This document shows positions 22,145 through 34,145 of a DNA stretch of 38,720 nucleotides, piece after piece (position 1 is the first letter of the stretch; every line of letters begins with the position of its first letter). Origin of the DNA: Octopus bimaculoides (lineage: Eukaryota); the NCBI RefSeq assembly GCF_001194135.2, contig NC_068984.1:44430955-44469674 (forward strand), written 5' to 3'. Under the pieces are notes generated by a model that worked only from the letters and a program-made list of their open reading frames with translations, searched no databases and was not told where the DNA came from. Position numbers and translations under genes: made by a program.

Positions 22145-24499
22145 CTGAAATGAAAGAATTAAAATATCATGGTATAAATATCAGAAGTATTAAACAAGAG
22201 CTTGGACTATCTTTAGTGTATCACATATGTTATCATGTAAATGAAAAGCTAGTAAAATTAAAATGTAAAAAGTTTCTGTTGTTGACTATTCCTGGTTAAT
22301 TCTGTTTGGATGAGGCTAGAAACACTGAGAAGCTACAACTCCTAAATATACCGTTCTGAACATGAAGATATATGTCCACGTTGCTTAGACCCAATGTAAT
22401 TTACGTAGCCAGCATTCTTGCTTGTGACCATGCCATTTCTAAAATAGGTATCCTTTCCAAAAATATGATTTAACTTTCAAAAATCATGCAACAGGCTGAA
22501 TGTAGGAGCTAAATCTCTACAATACAATTTATGTAAAACACAATAAAACATCAAAAGAATTTTGGATGAAAATATACTATATCCTCCCCAAATATTCTCT
22601 TATCTTAATGATTTACATTTTGTACATCGATACGTAAATGCACAAAAGGAACCACACATAATTACAAAGATGTGTAATACACATAAATACAAAACAAAAC
22701 ACCGGAACACTCTCCCTCACAGACAGTCAAATGTTTTTATGCAATGTTTTATAATCTGAATACAGAGAATTCTGATCTTCCAAATGGCTATACATGGTTT
22801 CAAATCCTTTGATCTGTTCATATTCAATCCCACCACCATTGCTACCCTTTATCACTGTATCTCCCCTATACCATTATCCCTCCGTCACTCCACGTCATCT
22901 CCATCATGCTGCCTGCATAATGAACCTGTCTGTATCTTGCATCCCCTATCATTACCACTAACCATTAATCTCTCTAACTCATAAGACTCTTCAATAACAT
23001 CTATCACTGTCAGTCTACATCAACAATTTCTGTTGCTATTCATCATTTGCTCACTTTTAACCATAATTTTAACCCCAAGACAACTTTTTTCCCAATTCCA
23101 CCACACTGCTCTTACAGCTTCTGCTACAACATGTAGCTATCACTGTCTGTCTACCATTACTCCCTCCCCGCCATCCCCTCAGTCTTATCCCTATTTTTCC
23201 ACTTCATGCTCATATTGTTTCTTCTTTCACTTTCTTGGACATCACTCTCTCTTCTATTCACCCTCTTTGGTCATGTTTGGCTTGAAAGAGCTGAGACAAT
23301 ATAGAGGAGAGAGAGAATTTCTTAGTCTTGCAGAGGTCATGGAAACCAATCTAGTGCTGGTGCCATGATAAAATGCATCAGGTATTCACTGTAAAGTAGA
23401 TGGTTGTTCGGAAGGGTATTCAGCCATAGAAAACATGTCAAAAATAGAACATACAAATGAGTCAGAAGCTTTTGACTCGTCTAAGAGAGCAGTCACTTCA
23501 AATAAGAACTGATTCAGATATTGAAAACTAATCCAACCCATGCTAGCAGATGTAAAGTAATGATGATAATACATATATATGTACACATACACTGTGATCG
23601 TGGACACTGGCTATATATGTGTGTAGTGTAGGTGTGAATTTGTGCATGCAGAAATACAAGCTATAAGTTTCAAGAAGCAACATAGAAAAATACTTATCCT
23701 CACTTAAACGTCAACGTTCTGTTAGAACAAACTATATTGCGGTAGACACCATGAACCATGTTTAAGTGTGGGTAAATAGTACCTCTTGGAATTAATACTG
23801 CCTCCATTGCTAATATATATATATATATATATATATGAAATACATTCATATTTCAGAGTAGAATAGCTTACTTAAATTGCGTTCTCTTCAAACATGCATA
23901 TATCTCTTATCTTTTATTTTTTTCAGTAATTAATGAAAAAATACATGTACATTTATATGTATGAATGATAAGTATATGTGTTATTACTAATCATCTATGA
24001 AATGATTTAGCTTGTTTAATATCAACACCATCCATATTCTTTTCTACTCTAAGCACAAAAGTTTTGAGGGGGTGGGGCAGTCAATTAGATTGACCCCAGT
24101 ATGTTTAATATCAACACCATCAATATTAAAATGTTCATATTTAAATTTAAACCACCTAGTTTCATAAAAAAATCCTTTTGTTGTGTCCCAAATAAAAACT
24201 TAATAAGAATGTCAGTTATTTTACAAAATCCCCTCAAATTCTCAATAATTTAAAAAATTTATTGTAATATATTAGAAAATGTATCTCAATACAAATACAA
24301 TCAAGATTGTTAAATATCTCTCTTCTTTAATCATTTAATATTATTGAATGCATTCATTTACACAACCAGTAATGACAAGAATGCTCCATTAGTCCTATAC
24401 CATTTATAGAGTAATGTTCTAGAGCTAAAGGTCATTTAGAACATGAAAGAGTAATGCAATAATCAATAAGTGATAGAAACAAAGACAACTTAAGGTTAC

Positions 24500-24676
24500 C
24501 ACTTTGTTGCCAGCTTTCATATCAGAGAAAATCGCAGTGTGTACAAAGCCATCTGTATACAATGTTTCACCAATATCTGTTCGGTACCTCCTAGCTGCAA
24601 CCTCTTCGTCAGAGAGTGGTATTTTCCCAGATGTAAACAATTCACTGTAAGACTGAAGACCAAGCTGGAAATATTC
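24500..24676 (-). CDS. VPS13B: VPS13B internal exon (177 nt, phase 0/0; alternative donor would end at 24503): EYFQLGLQSYSELFTSGK...AGNKV
   Basis: Acceptor tctttcag|GAA (human EAFQIG); donor GTG|gtaacc, or in-frame AAA|gtggta 3 nt upstream. Confidence 0.85.
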
Positions 24677-25794
24677 CTGAAAGAAACATGGAAAATAAAG
24701 TAAGAAAAAAAAAAAAAAAATTATCATTTTTAAAAGCAAATATGTAAAAAAATTTTGTTCACTGTATTTTATACGACATAATCTGTGAGAATGAAAGTGA
24801 GAGAGAGTGCAAGGTAAGAGGGGTAGAAAGAGTATATGCATGTTTGAATGTGTGAGAGGGGAAAATAGCGACAACAATGATATAATGATAGAAAAGAAAT
24901 AATGAAGAACTGAAAAGAAGTAAAATGAAAGAGTGGAATGAAAAAGGAGAGAGAGAGAGAGAGAGATCTTTAGGTGTTGTTGTTTAGTCCCCAGTCAGTC
25001 CTAGCTGAGCAGACCCCTGTGTGTTTTAGGATGCTCAAAAATTTCTTGAAAAGGCTGGTGATTATCTTCTAACTTTCAGCCATTCAAACCATGGGAGGAG
25101 ATAGGTGTTCTATCTTCCATTGGATAGAACACCTATCTATAGAGAGTAACAGTCCCACAGATCCAGTGCTGGTTTCTGGCAGTTGTGCTAAAAGTATGTA
25201 AACATTCACAAGAATTTTAAACAGAGAAGAGACAGAGAGAAGGGGAGGGAGGTCTTCAACCTACAAGAAATAGCAATCAAATTTTCCTCAAAACAGACCC
25301 AAGTGACTTATAAAGTACACACTGGATAACCGTACCCAGTGTACACTCTGCCTGTTAAAAATACATAGATAGTCATTTCAGGAATTTTTTTAATCATAGG
25401 CCTGAACTACTATACCAGCACTGACCTGAAGGAAAACAACAAGCAGATGACAACTAATTCAGCATCTAATATAACAAACAAATTATGGATCAAAATTGCG
25501 AGAACAACATCTACCCTTAAATGACCATATTTTGAATCAATCTGATCTTATTATTACCAAAGAAGTAAGTCTACTAGAAGCTGAACAAATATATTTTGCT
25601 TGTTTCACTCTCCACCTGTTGCAGTCATTCATCATTTCCTTTACAAAGTTCTGCATCCTGGAAGCAGCTTTCACTCCATCTACCCAAGTCTCCTTTAGTT
25701 TTCCTCTTCCATAGGGTTACAGTAGATAGGGAGGTGGCTTTATACTGGAATATGATAAGTTAGTGTGTGAAAGAAGGGTTTAACACAGAACAGG

Positions 25795-26115
25795 TCGACC
25801 TTTGGCAGACTCTCCTCCTCCCATTCGTTCTCCACATTCAGCAGCTTTTATAATGGCTTCTCCAAGCCTCTTTCTTTGCAGAATCATTAAATGCAAGGGC
25901 ACTATCATCCATGCAGACACATTTCTCTCCTATGACATCACAGTTTTCTCTCACACACTGTCATGCAATCCCAAATACTTCAGTTCTTTGGTCCTCACAT
26001 TGCTGAACATTGGCAAACTTCTTCATTTCTGCTACTGCTTTGGCTATATATACCCTTCTGGTTATCTGATACAGTCCCATGCTACCTCAACTCTTCTAGG
26101 CCTGTCCTTTGTTCC
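25795..26115 (-). mobile_element. RTE LINE internal fragment (linker between endonuclease and RT)
   Basis: KFANVQQCEDQRTEVF...CVRENCDVIGEKCV...AKKEAWRSHY..LLNVENEWEEESLPKVD. A decayed RTE C-terminus-like segment (GRGKLKETW) lies at ~25600-25720. Confidence 0.75.
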
Positions 26116-26672
26116 ATTGGCTCTCTCTCTCTCTCTCTCTCTCTCAAGTAAGTTTTAACTTTATATTTCTGACGCAACTCTATCTATCTTTGTATCTTTC
26201 TCCCGCTCTCGATCTCGATCTTCCTTCTGTTGTTCTTCGCCTCTCCCCTTCACTCCAATAACTCTCTCTCTTCCTCCATGTCTCTCGTTGCTCACCTATA
26301 TTCTACTTCCTCCCCGTTTTTTCTCCCTCTACCACTCTTTCTCCTTACCTCTCGCTGGTCACATGTGTCCGGCTACTTCTTCCTTTCCTATCTTGGCCAC
26401 TGCCAAGATCGCACGAACTTTCTTCTTCTCTCTTCCTTCTAGTTCGTCACATCACAGCGTTCAGTATACATATATATTTTTTTCACGTCTGGCCTTATAG
26501 CCCTTCTTGTTTATTTTCACTGTTTCATTTTCCTGTCTTGTTTTCTGTTCGCCACTACATTCCTCCGCGCTACAAATTTAATTTGTTTCCGCGAGAAGAG
26601 CCATTCTAACTATGCGTCCTGCCCTAACTCTTCGAAACGCTTAGTTTTAGAATGGTGGCAGCTGATGAAAGA

Positions 26673-26942
26673 AATGTTCTCTATGTGGCCTGTGTGTTTT
26701 CTGTGCTCTGTTTATGTTCTATTTCTCATTTTGTCCACGTATTTTTGTAACGTCCTGTACCCAGATATGCATCTATATATACATGTAGATGTAGGTATGT
26801 ACATACATGTATGTACATACCTACATCTACATGTATATATAGATGCATATCTGGGTACAGGACGTTACAAAAATACGTGGACAAAATGAGAAATAGAACA
26901 TAAACAGAGCACAGAAAACACACAGGCCACATAGAGAACATT
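26673..26942. repeat. Perfect 270-bp palindrome (135-bp arms, no spacer) ending at a 10-N gap
   Basis: Centre ca|tg at 26807/26808; the arms are exact reverse complements from aatgttctc to gagaacatt. Both strands give the same peptide in the ORF track. Confidence 0.95.
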
Positions 26943-27227
26943 NNNNNNNNNNTATATATATGTCCCACCAATGCGAGCATGGAAGGCGGACGTTAAACAA
27001 TGATGATATATATATGCACGCACACACACACATCACTCATATATATATTTTAATGTAATTAACACATTTGTCCCCTGTAAACCTTTAGTGCAGATTAAAA
27101 AGATAAAAGCATTGGGGTTGGAGACCCACTAATCTGAGAGTAACTTCCTCCTTTACAGTACTGTATTCCTCTTCTAATTAAGTTGTAAAATACACACATG
27201 CACACATACACACACATACACACATCA

Positions 27228-27446
27228 TTAACCCTTTAGCATTTAAACCAGACCTAACTAGCTCAAATATTCTACCTGTTTTATGTTCAAACTGACCAGA
27301 TCCAGCCCCTCACACCCACCCAACATTGTCTTTCACAGTCACATCACTGAAATCTGAAAGCAATAAGATAATATATGAGTGACTCAAAATAATGTGAATA
27401 TATAAGCATTACATTTGACAGAATAATCTGAAAGCTAAAGGGTTAA
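27228..27446. mobile_element. Intact TTAA-flanked MITE (family C, piggyBac-like ends)
   Basis: TTAA|ccctttagcattta ... tgaaagctaaaggg|TTAA. TTAA duplication and CCC..GGG termini are piggyBac-type hallmarks. Confidence 0.85.
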
Positions 27447-27515
27447 GCTATTAAGCAAGACAAAAAAAAAAATAAAGATTGAAAAAAGAAAAACAAAAAA
27501 AAACATTCAAAATAC

Positions 27516-27801
27516 CTGAATTCCAGTAGGTGTGAAGGTAGCACCACATGGGACATTCCATTGTTGATTATGAGGTGAAATAACAACAAGAGGTATGTTT
27601 GTGTTGTTAGTGAGGAGGTATGATGGCACTATGTCTAACAACACGGTGCTGCATCCAGGCCAGTATTCAGTCAGGCTGATATCAACATCAATACTAAATG
27701 CATCAACTTTGGATGAAGCTGGTTTGCTGCTTATGGAACCTGACACTGATATAGCATGGTTATAGTTACTGGATTCCTTAACTGGAACAACATCTCGATA
27801 C
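27516..27801 (-). CDS. VPS13B: VPS13B internal exon (286 nt, phase 2/0): YRDVVPVKES...TVLLDIVPSYLLTN...TPTGIQ
   Basis: Acceptor atttcag|G; donor CAG|gtattt. Similar to remembered human TLLIELLPWALLIN...IIPPNFQ. Confidence 0.9.
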
Positions 27802-28452
27802 CTGAAATTCATAACATAAAAAAAAAATTTTTTAAAAACATTATAACACACTCAATTAAATAAAAACAGGTTCTCAGGAAACTGGGTATGTTTTCTGAAC
27901 GATTAAATTTTTTTACAATCTTGAAACTTTATTTGGTGATTTTTCTATCACAACTTCAATGCTTCACTTCACTGATGAAATCATAATACCGAAACATGTT
28001 TGGGTTGTTTCCCCTACTTACAGAAATTATCTAAATTATATTAGTCAATGGCCTTTTCTCTTTGCTTTTTCTTTCCACATATGTTTAAATGCTCCTTGCA
28101 TTACATATATAAACACTATCATTTTGGATATACACTGACAGTGCGTTCATTATTCCGCTGAGATGAGGAACTTAATAAACACCTGAAATCTCTATTATTC
28201 TGTTACAGTACAAGTATATAACATTTTGTAAGGATTGAAATTAAAGATATAATCTAGTAAACACACAATATTTGTATTATTCCTAACACAATTGACTCAT
28301 AAACTATGGAGCAAAATTGAAGATATAATCTATTATTAAGACAACTTTAGTATTATTTATATTACTTCTGAGATAGTTAAGTGAGAAAGAAATATTTTAT
28401 ATATATTATAATGGAATAATTACTACGAAGCATGGTGTAGAATATATTGTAT

Positions 28453-28691
28453 AAAGAATCATGGGTAAGGCCTGAACAATGTGAAGTAAATGCAAGGCAA
28501 ATCCCAAGAAAACAATTATATGAAATAATGTAGACACCTTGCCAATGGTAACATTCGTTAGTTTCTTGAAAATGGGGTCATAACCCTGAAATATTGAATG
28601 CAAGGTAAGTCTACATTAATTCATATATTTGTTTTCTTGGCATTTGCCTTGCATTTACTTTGCATTGTTCTGGCCTTACCCATGACTCTTC
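28453..28691. mobile_element. Foldback/MITE-like element with ~90-bp imperfect inverted arms and a ~57-bp spacer
   Basis: aaagaatcatgggtaaggcc...gtagacaccttgc (28453-28542) versus the reverse complement of 28600-28691: about 7 mismatches plus a 2-bp indel. Confidence 0.8.
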
Positions 28692-29912
28692 ACATATATA
28701 TATATATGAGCAATTAACTTCTATTACACCCCAAGGATGACCACACTCTTGATAGTAGATTTGGAGATGGATGCTGAAAGCCTATCTTGTGTGTGTGTGT
28801 GTGTGTGTGGTGTATGCGTGTATGTGCTTGTTTACATAAACACTTTTTCAGTTGAGATAAGAGTACAGACACATTGTTTTGATATCATGTAGTAGTTGTA
28901 CAACAAATATCACTATCATACATGTTGTATTGTTAGTTTGCAATCTTCCATGAAAAAATGTCTGGCCATGGAGGAAGATTTATTTTCCTTGGAAACAGAT
29001 GAGGATTGGCAAAAGGAAGAACAGCTGGTTGCAAAATATCTTCCTCAATAAATTTCATCTGATCTTTGCAAGCATGGAAAGATGATGATAGTCCAACCAA
29101 CATATGACACATTGAAAATGGAATGTATGCATAATATCTAACATTCTGGAAAATGTAAAATCAATTTTTTTTCAATGTGCTTTGTAATCAGACGAAAAAG
29201 TTAAACATATTAAGTTATTTTTTTGCTTTGAGACACACCAGTGGACACTCAAAATCGATTAATACATTGAGTTAACAATAAAACAATAAAGGAAACAAAC
29301 ATCATCATCATCATTTTGTAATCTTTCTATGCAGCCATAAATTGGACAGGCCATCAAGTACAAATCGGTTCTTATTTAGAGTTATTGCTCACTAGTGCAT
29401 TTTACTTCTGATTTGCTGTGTGTAGTTGGATGCACTTCCTATCGAAAAAAAATTTTACAGTGGGTACTGGGTGCATTTTATCATGGCACCAGCCCTCAAG
29501 GAGTTATTATCTTCAGCAAGTCTAAAGTGTCCTCTCAAAACAATAAATTGAGCAAACAGCCAATATGACCAAAACATATTGTCTCTCAACTGATTGGTAC
29601 TTAGATATGTTGCAAAGCAGGAATGATGTTAGTGGTGACATGGTAAAAATACTTTTTGAACATATTTCCATTTGAAAATTTTGTGAGAAGATTTCATAAG
29701 AAATAAAGAATATTGATTATTTGCATAAGTAAAAACAGCAAATTTAATCAATTCTGTGATTTATAAACCAAAGGAAATTCAACAGAATTAAAATTTTGAA
29801 GAAATAATTTGGCAATTATCAAACACTGGTTAAGTACATAAATTACTTCTTCACAAACAGATAATATTTTACCAAAGCTAAGTGACTCTGGGGTAGTTTA
29901 TGGACTTTATTT

Positions 29913-30646
29913 GTTCTATCTAGCTTGGATTCCAGTTTTTTGGTAAGCTTCCAGGATATTACTTGACATAAAAAGAGTGACTCTACTGCTGCACAGAAAA
30001 ATTCCTTTTAATGTTGTCTGACAGAATTGATTTCTAGACAACATCCAGTTTCTTTAGGGTCAACCATGCTTTGACTGTCTGAGTTTTTACATCCTTTTCA
30101 ATTGAGGCTATCGCAGAACTGACGTTCATGAAATCATCAACTTGATTGATGGGAGTATCCACTGATATTAGTGACGGATCTTTATTGATTGCAATGAATT
30201 TGGTGTTACTACAATATTTTCTGTGCAACAGTAGTATCAGTCCTTGTTGCATACAGAGCAACAGTCTGGATGCTTACCAAAAAACTGGAATCCAAGCTAG
30301 ATGGAACTTACACCTAAATGTTAAGAGCAGTCTTAAACATATCTCAGATAAACGCATCCGATCAAGAAACAGCTGTATGAAGATCTGACAGTTACCATCA
30401 TTATAAGGAAAAGGCACTTTGTGGGACATTGCTGGCAAGCTAAACAAGAGCAGGTAAGTGACTTACTACTATGGATGTGAAAGCATGGTCTTACTCGAGC
30501 AGGTCATCAGAACACAGTGTATGTAGATCAACTCATCAGAGACACCGAATACCTCCCCAAAGACCTCCCTCAACTAATGCAAGACGAAAATGGATGGAAT
30601 GTTAAAAATGTCTGAGCAAGCTCAACTAGATGATGATGATGATGAT
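29913..30646. mobile_element. 5'-inverted RTE-like LINE: antisense segment ~29913-30260, sense segment ~30266-30646 with (GAT)n tail
   Basis: The minus part reads IASIEKDVKTQTVKAWLTLKKL...AAVESL...WKLTKKLESKLD. The plus part reads WMLTKKLESKLDGTYT*MLRAVLNI...FVGHCWQAKQEQVSDLLLW...YVDQLIRDT. A 42-bp segment is present in both orientations. Confidence 0.85.
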
Positions 30647-30830
30647 TTGAACATTACGCTTTAGTCAAAGGGAAAAATTAGCCTGAAACAATTATTTTGC
30701 ATAAGAACATAAATTTTAACGATGTCCATATGTTCACAAATTTCATTATTTTCCTGAAACTGCTCTGTGAAAATTTGAACAAATCACCAGGTACAGAGAA
30801 AATTTATATATATAATATAAAAGCACTTAC

Positions 30831-30995
30831 TTATCATGAATCTTAATGTATGGCCATTTTGGTGGTGCTATATCCTTCTGCCAATCAACAAGCAAGTTTT
30901 CAATGTTTATAGGATTTACTACGGGAGCTCTTTTAACTTGTTCTATCATTCCAGTTGAGATGGCCATGGCTGGCGTTGATTTTTGCAAGTTTTCT
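30831..30995 (-). CDS. VPS13B: VPS13B internal exon (165 nt, phase 2/2): ENLQKSTPAMAISTGMIEQV...PKWPYIKIHD
   Basis: Acceptor cccttcag|A; donor AA|gtaagt. Phase matches both neighbours; carries the P-IS(T)..I.Q and WPY motifs. Confidence 0.88.
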
Positions 30996-31189
30996 CTGAA
31001 GGGAAGATACAAAAACTTGTCTAAAGTAATGAGGAAAACAATTATGACAGAACAACAATCAAAGTGAGCAACATTTCTTTTTAGACCGGTGTTAGCTGTG
31101 ATAGACCAATCATCAAAAGAGTGACCAATCCATTTTTTGCGTGTAACTATGATTACTTTAATAAATATGTGTTTCTCTTTTTCTCATTT

Positions 31190-31400
31190 TTATGACTGGA
31201 TGCCCTTCCTAACACCAACCACTTTACAATGTGTACAGAGTGAATTTTATAATGGCACCAGCCAGTACTGGTAAAGCTTATCTTGTCCTCAACAACATTA
31301 AAATGTCCTCTCAACATTGTCTCTGTTCATTTACTAACCAATTTACAAAGTGTACTGGGGAATTTTTTCATAGCACCAGCACTAGAGAGAGTACCTTCTT
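31190..31400 (-). mobile_element. Decayed family A-like repeat with internal duplication
   Basis: ctggatgcccttcctaacaccaaccactttacaatgtgtac, followed by a second accaatttacaaagtgtactgg block. Confidence 0.6.
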
Positions 31401-32227
31401 CCAGACAAGATTAACAAGTTCTCTTTATTCTATAATGTCTTGGTTCAAGGCAATGTGATTGAAAGGATGAATAAAAGAGAAAATGATGAAGGAGAGAGAA
31501 CCAAGACAAGAAGATTACAGAAGATTAGGATGGGAAGAAAGATGGTAATAGGCAAAAATATGCTAGTTGTTGATAAGGCTAGTTAATAGAAAAACATTAT
31601 GAACAGTGTGAAGAGGGAATAGAATGATAAGAAAGAGACAGGGTGATGGTAAAAAGGGTAATGCATTGGAAAGAGAATGATATATGTTACAATTGAATGA
31701 TAAAGAGAGTAATGTGAGAGAATTGGCGATGGTAGGGATATAGTTGAGTGATAGAGAGAGAGAGAGAGGGAAAGAGATTTCAGCGAGTAATACAGGAGGG
31801 AATAATCTGTTGATGGCAATAGTATTACGAAAACTTAGGGTAATAGTGAAAACAGTCCTTTTATTATGTTTTTCCTCATTTCTAAAATAATATCTTTTTA
31901 ATATTTAAACTTTAAATTAGTGCAATATTAAAGTTTCCAGAAACAGAGAACTCTCAAGCATATTTGTTTTAATATTTAGTAATGCGTTTGTCCATTTTAA
32001 GATACGTAAACCCAGTTCTGAATATTTTGATATTCATACTATGTCTAGAGTTAAAATATTATCTCCCCTCATGCACCCACACACACACACACAAATCATT
32101 CCATTATGAAGTTGAGAGTAGTTCTTATTCATTTATCTTTTAAATCAAGGATACAATACAATCTTAGCACTGTCTACATTCATGATTTTATTATGACCAA
32201 TTAATATCTAAACCATACATTCCATGA

Positions 32228-32447
32228 GTCGTCGTCGTTCGTCGTTTAACGTCCGCTTTCCATGCTAGCATGGGTTGGACGATTTGACTGAGGACTGGTG
32301 AAACCAGATGGCTACACCAGGCTCCAATCTGATTTGGCAGAGTTTCTACAGCTGGATGCCCTTCCTAACGCCAACCACTCAGAGAGTGTAGTGGGTGCTT
32401 TTTACGTGCCACCGGCACGAAGGCCAGTCAGGCAGTACTGGCAACGG
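32228..32447 (-). mobile_element. Family A repeat, young copy with target-site duplication
   Basis: CCATGA flanks both sides (32222-32227 and 32448-32453); (gtc)n tail; only about 4 differences over ~170 nt versus the 15569 copy. Confidence 0.92.
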
Positions 32448-32780
32448 CCATGATATTTAAAATATAACTTCATAGTAAGGGTGGTTACAAATTATAACCT
32501 CTTGTAGTAAAATGGACCATAGTAAAACAGGAACTGATTATCATTAAATAAACTATATATTTTTAGAGGAGATAACATAATGCTAAATGGCACTTAAACT
32601 GTACAGCTTTTCAAATGCAGTGACATTAGACCTCTATAGATTTCTACCATTCTGCTACTGCCTATTACTAAAGATTCAATAATGTCACCAAAAGGAGATG
32701 GAGCACATCAGATGGAGACGAACTAAGGCTACAGTCAGGGAACTAGTATCTAGTGAACTTCGTATCTAATTCAAACTTAC

Positions 32781-32956
32781 CCTAGTTGAAATGTTAGGGA
32801 ATGTACAATGTCGCCACCTAGACAAGACAGCTGAAAAGGCTGGCCTTCACTTGGGATTTCAATTTGCTGTAACTTTCCTAGCTTTGGTGTTTCTAAATCA
32901 ATGTAGAGTGGTACAGGCAGATGGGACTTCAGAACAAACAAAGGTGACAGGATAAT
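32781..32956 (-). CDS. VPS13B: VPS13B internal exon (176 nt, phase 0/2): IILSPLFVLKSHLPVPLYIDLE...HSLTFQLG
   Basis: Acceptor ctacag|ATT; donor GG|gtaagt. Matches remembered human IVFSPLFIMRSHLPDP...HHLTFQ. Confidence 0.92.
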
Positions 32957-33297
32957 CTGTAGAAGATAAAACAATTATGTTTGTGAAAAATACAAGGAAA
33001 AGCTACTTCTTAAAAAAAATAATAATTAATTAAGCACAAGATTATGTCTGACGTATATTAATGACATTTATTTTTCTTCCTAACACATTTCTTTTTATTT
33101 ATTTTTTTTTTTTATTCTTATGTAAGTTCATACCAAAATGAAAAAATGGATTTTATCCTTCCAGAATCAATAAAATAGGTACCAGTCAAATACTGGGATC
33201 AATATAATTGATAGTTCCCTCCCATAAAAATCATTATAACTATTACTCTTATTTCTTTTTAATTGCACAATATGGATGTGACAAACTAGTTTCTGCC

Positions 33298-33339
<42 letters not shown>
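33298..33339. repeat. (AAT)14 microsatellite
   Basis: Direct reading. Confidence 0.95.
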
Positions 33340-33340
<1 letters not shown>

Positions 33341-34145
33341 TACAACACAAACTCAGTGAAAAAGAATATATACTACGCAAGTGCATCGGACCTCTGCAGA
33401 ATGTGTGGGAAGAGGGTCGAAAGTGTGACTCACATTATTAGTGCTAGTGAAAGTTTTGCGCAGAAAGAGTACAAGTGTAGACATGACAAAGTAGCCCAAA
33501 ACTTCCACTGGCTACTATGCCGTAAGTATGGACATGAGGTTACGGGTGCTTGGTACCAACATACACCAGAAAATGAAATGGATGAAAAGGGGAAGGCAAA
33601 AATCTTCTGGAACTTTGATTCCCAGACAGACAAAGTGTTAGAGCACTGAAGGCCAGATATAGTAAACTTTAGGAGGGACAAGAGTGCCTAATAATCGATG
33701 TAGCAGTGCCAGGAGATCAACACATCATGAACGAAAGAGGAAAATTGATAAATATGAAGACTTGAGAATTGAGATCGCTAAGATGTGGCAGCTACAAGAG
33801 TCGAACATAAAGGTTATCCCTATTGTCATCGGAGCATTGGGTTCAATACCACCCAATCTGAAAAAACCTCTGAAAACCTTAGAGATACCCTACAATTTAG
33901 ACGTATTGCAAATGTCNNNNNNNNNNGGGTTCAATACCACCCAATCTGAAAAAACCTCTGAAAACCTTAGAGATACCCTACAATTTAGACGTATTGCAAA
34001 TGTCGGCATTCCTTGGAACTGCACGCATATTGTGTAAAGTACTGTCTGTCTGAGGTCCTTGTTGTGACTTGACAAACAGTACAAACCCCCGGAAGACACA
34101 ATATCTTCAATCAACCTCACGATATTGTATACTGTGCAATGTCTA
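33340..34145 (+). mobile_element. 5'-truncated non-LTR retrotransposon with restriction-like endonuclease (R4/Dong-like), inactivated
   Basis: CCHC knuckle CRMCGKRVESVTHIISAS; RHDKVA..HW.LC.KYG; IFWNF.SQTD..LEH*RPDIV; IIDVAVPGD; KIDKYEDL; VIPIVIGALG. This is a PD-(D/E)xK RLE. In-frame stop at 33647-33649 plus a frameshift. Confidence 0.9.

Noticed and set aside
22790-23280. Ser/Pro/His-rich ORFs here and purine-rich ORFs at 31470-31830
   Set aside because: Low-complexity strand-skewed sequence (decayed simple repeats), no splice-compatible role and no recognisable domain.
33838-34005. 79-bp direct repeat on either side of a 10-N gap
   Set aside because: Exact duplication flanking a nominal gap is typical of unmerged contig overlap. 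Removing one copy restores the RLE C-terminal frame.
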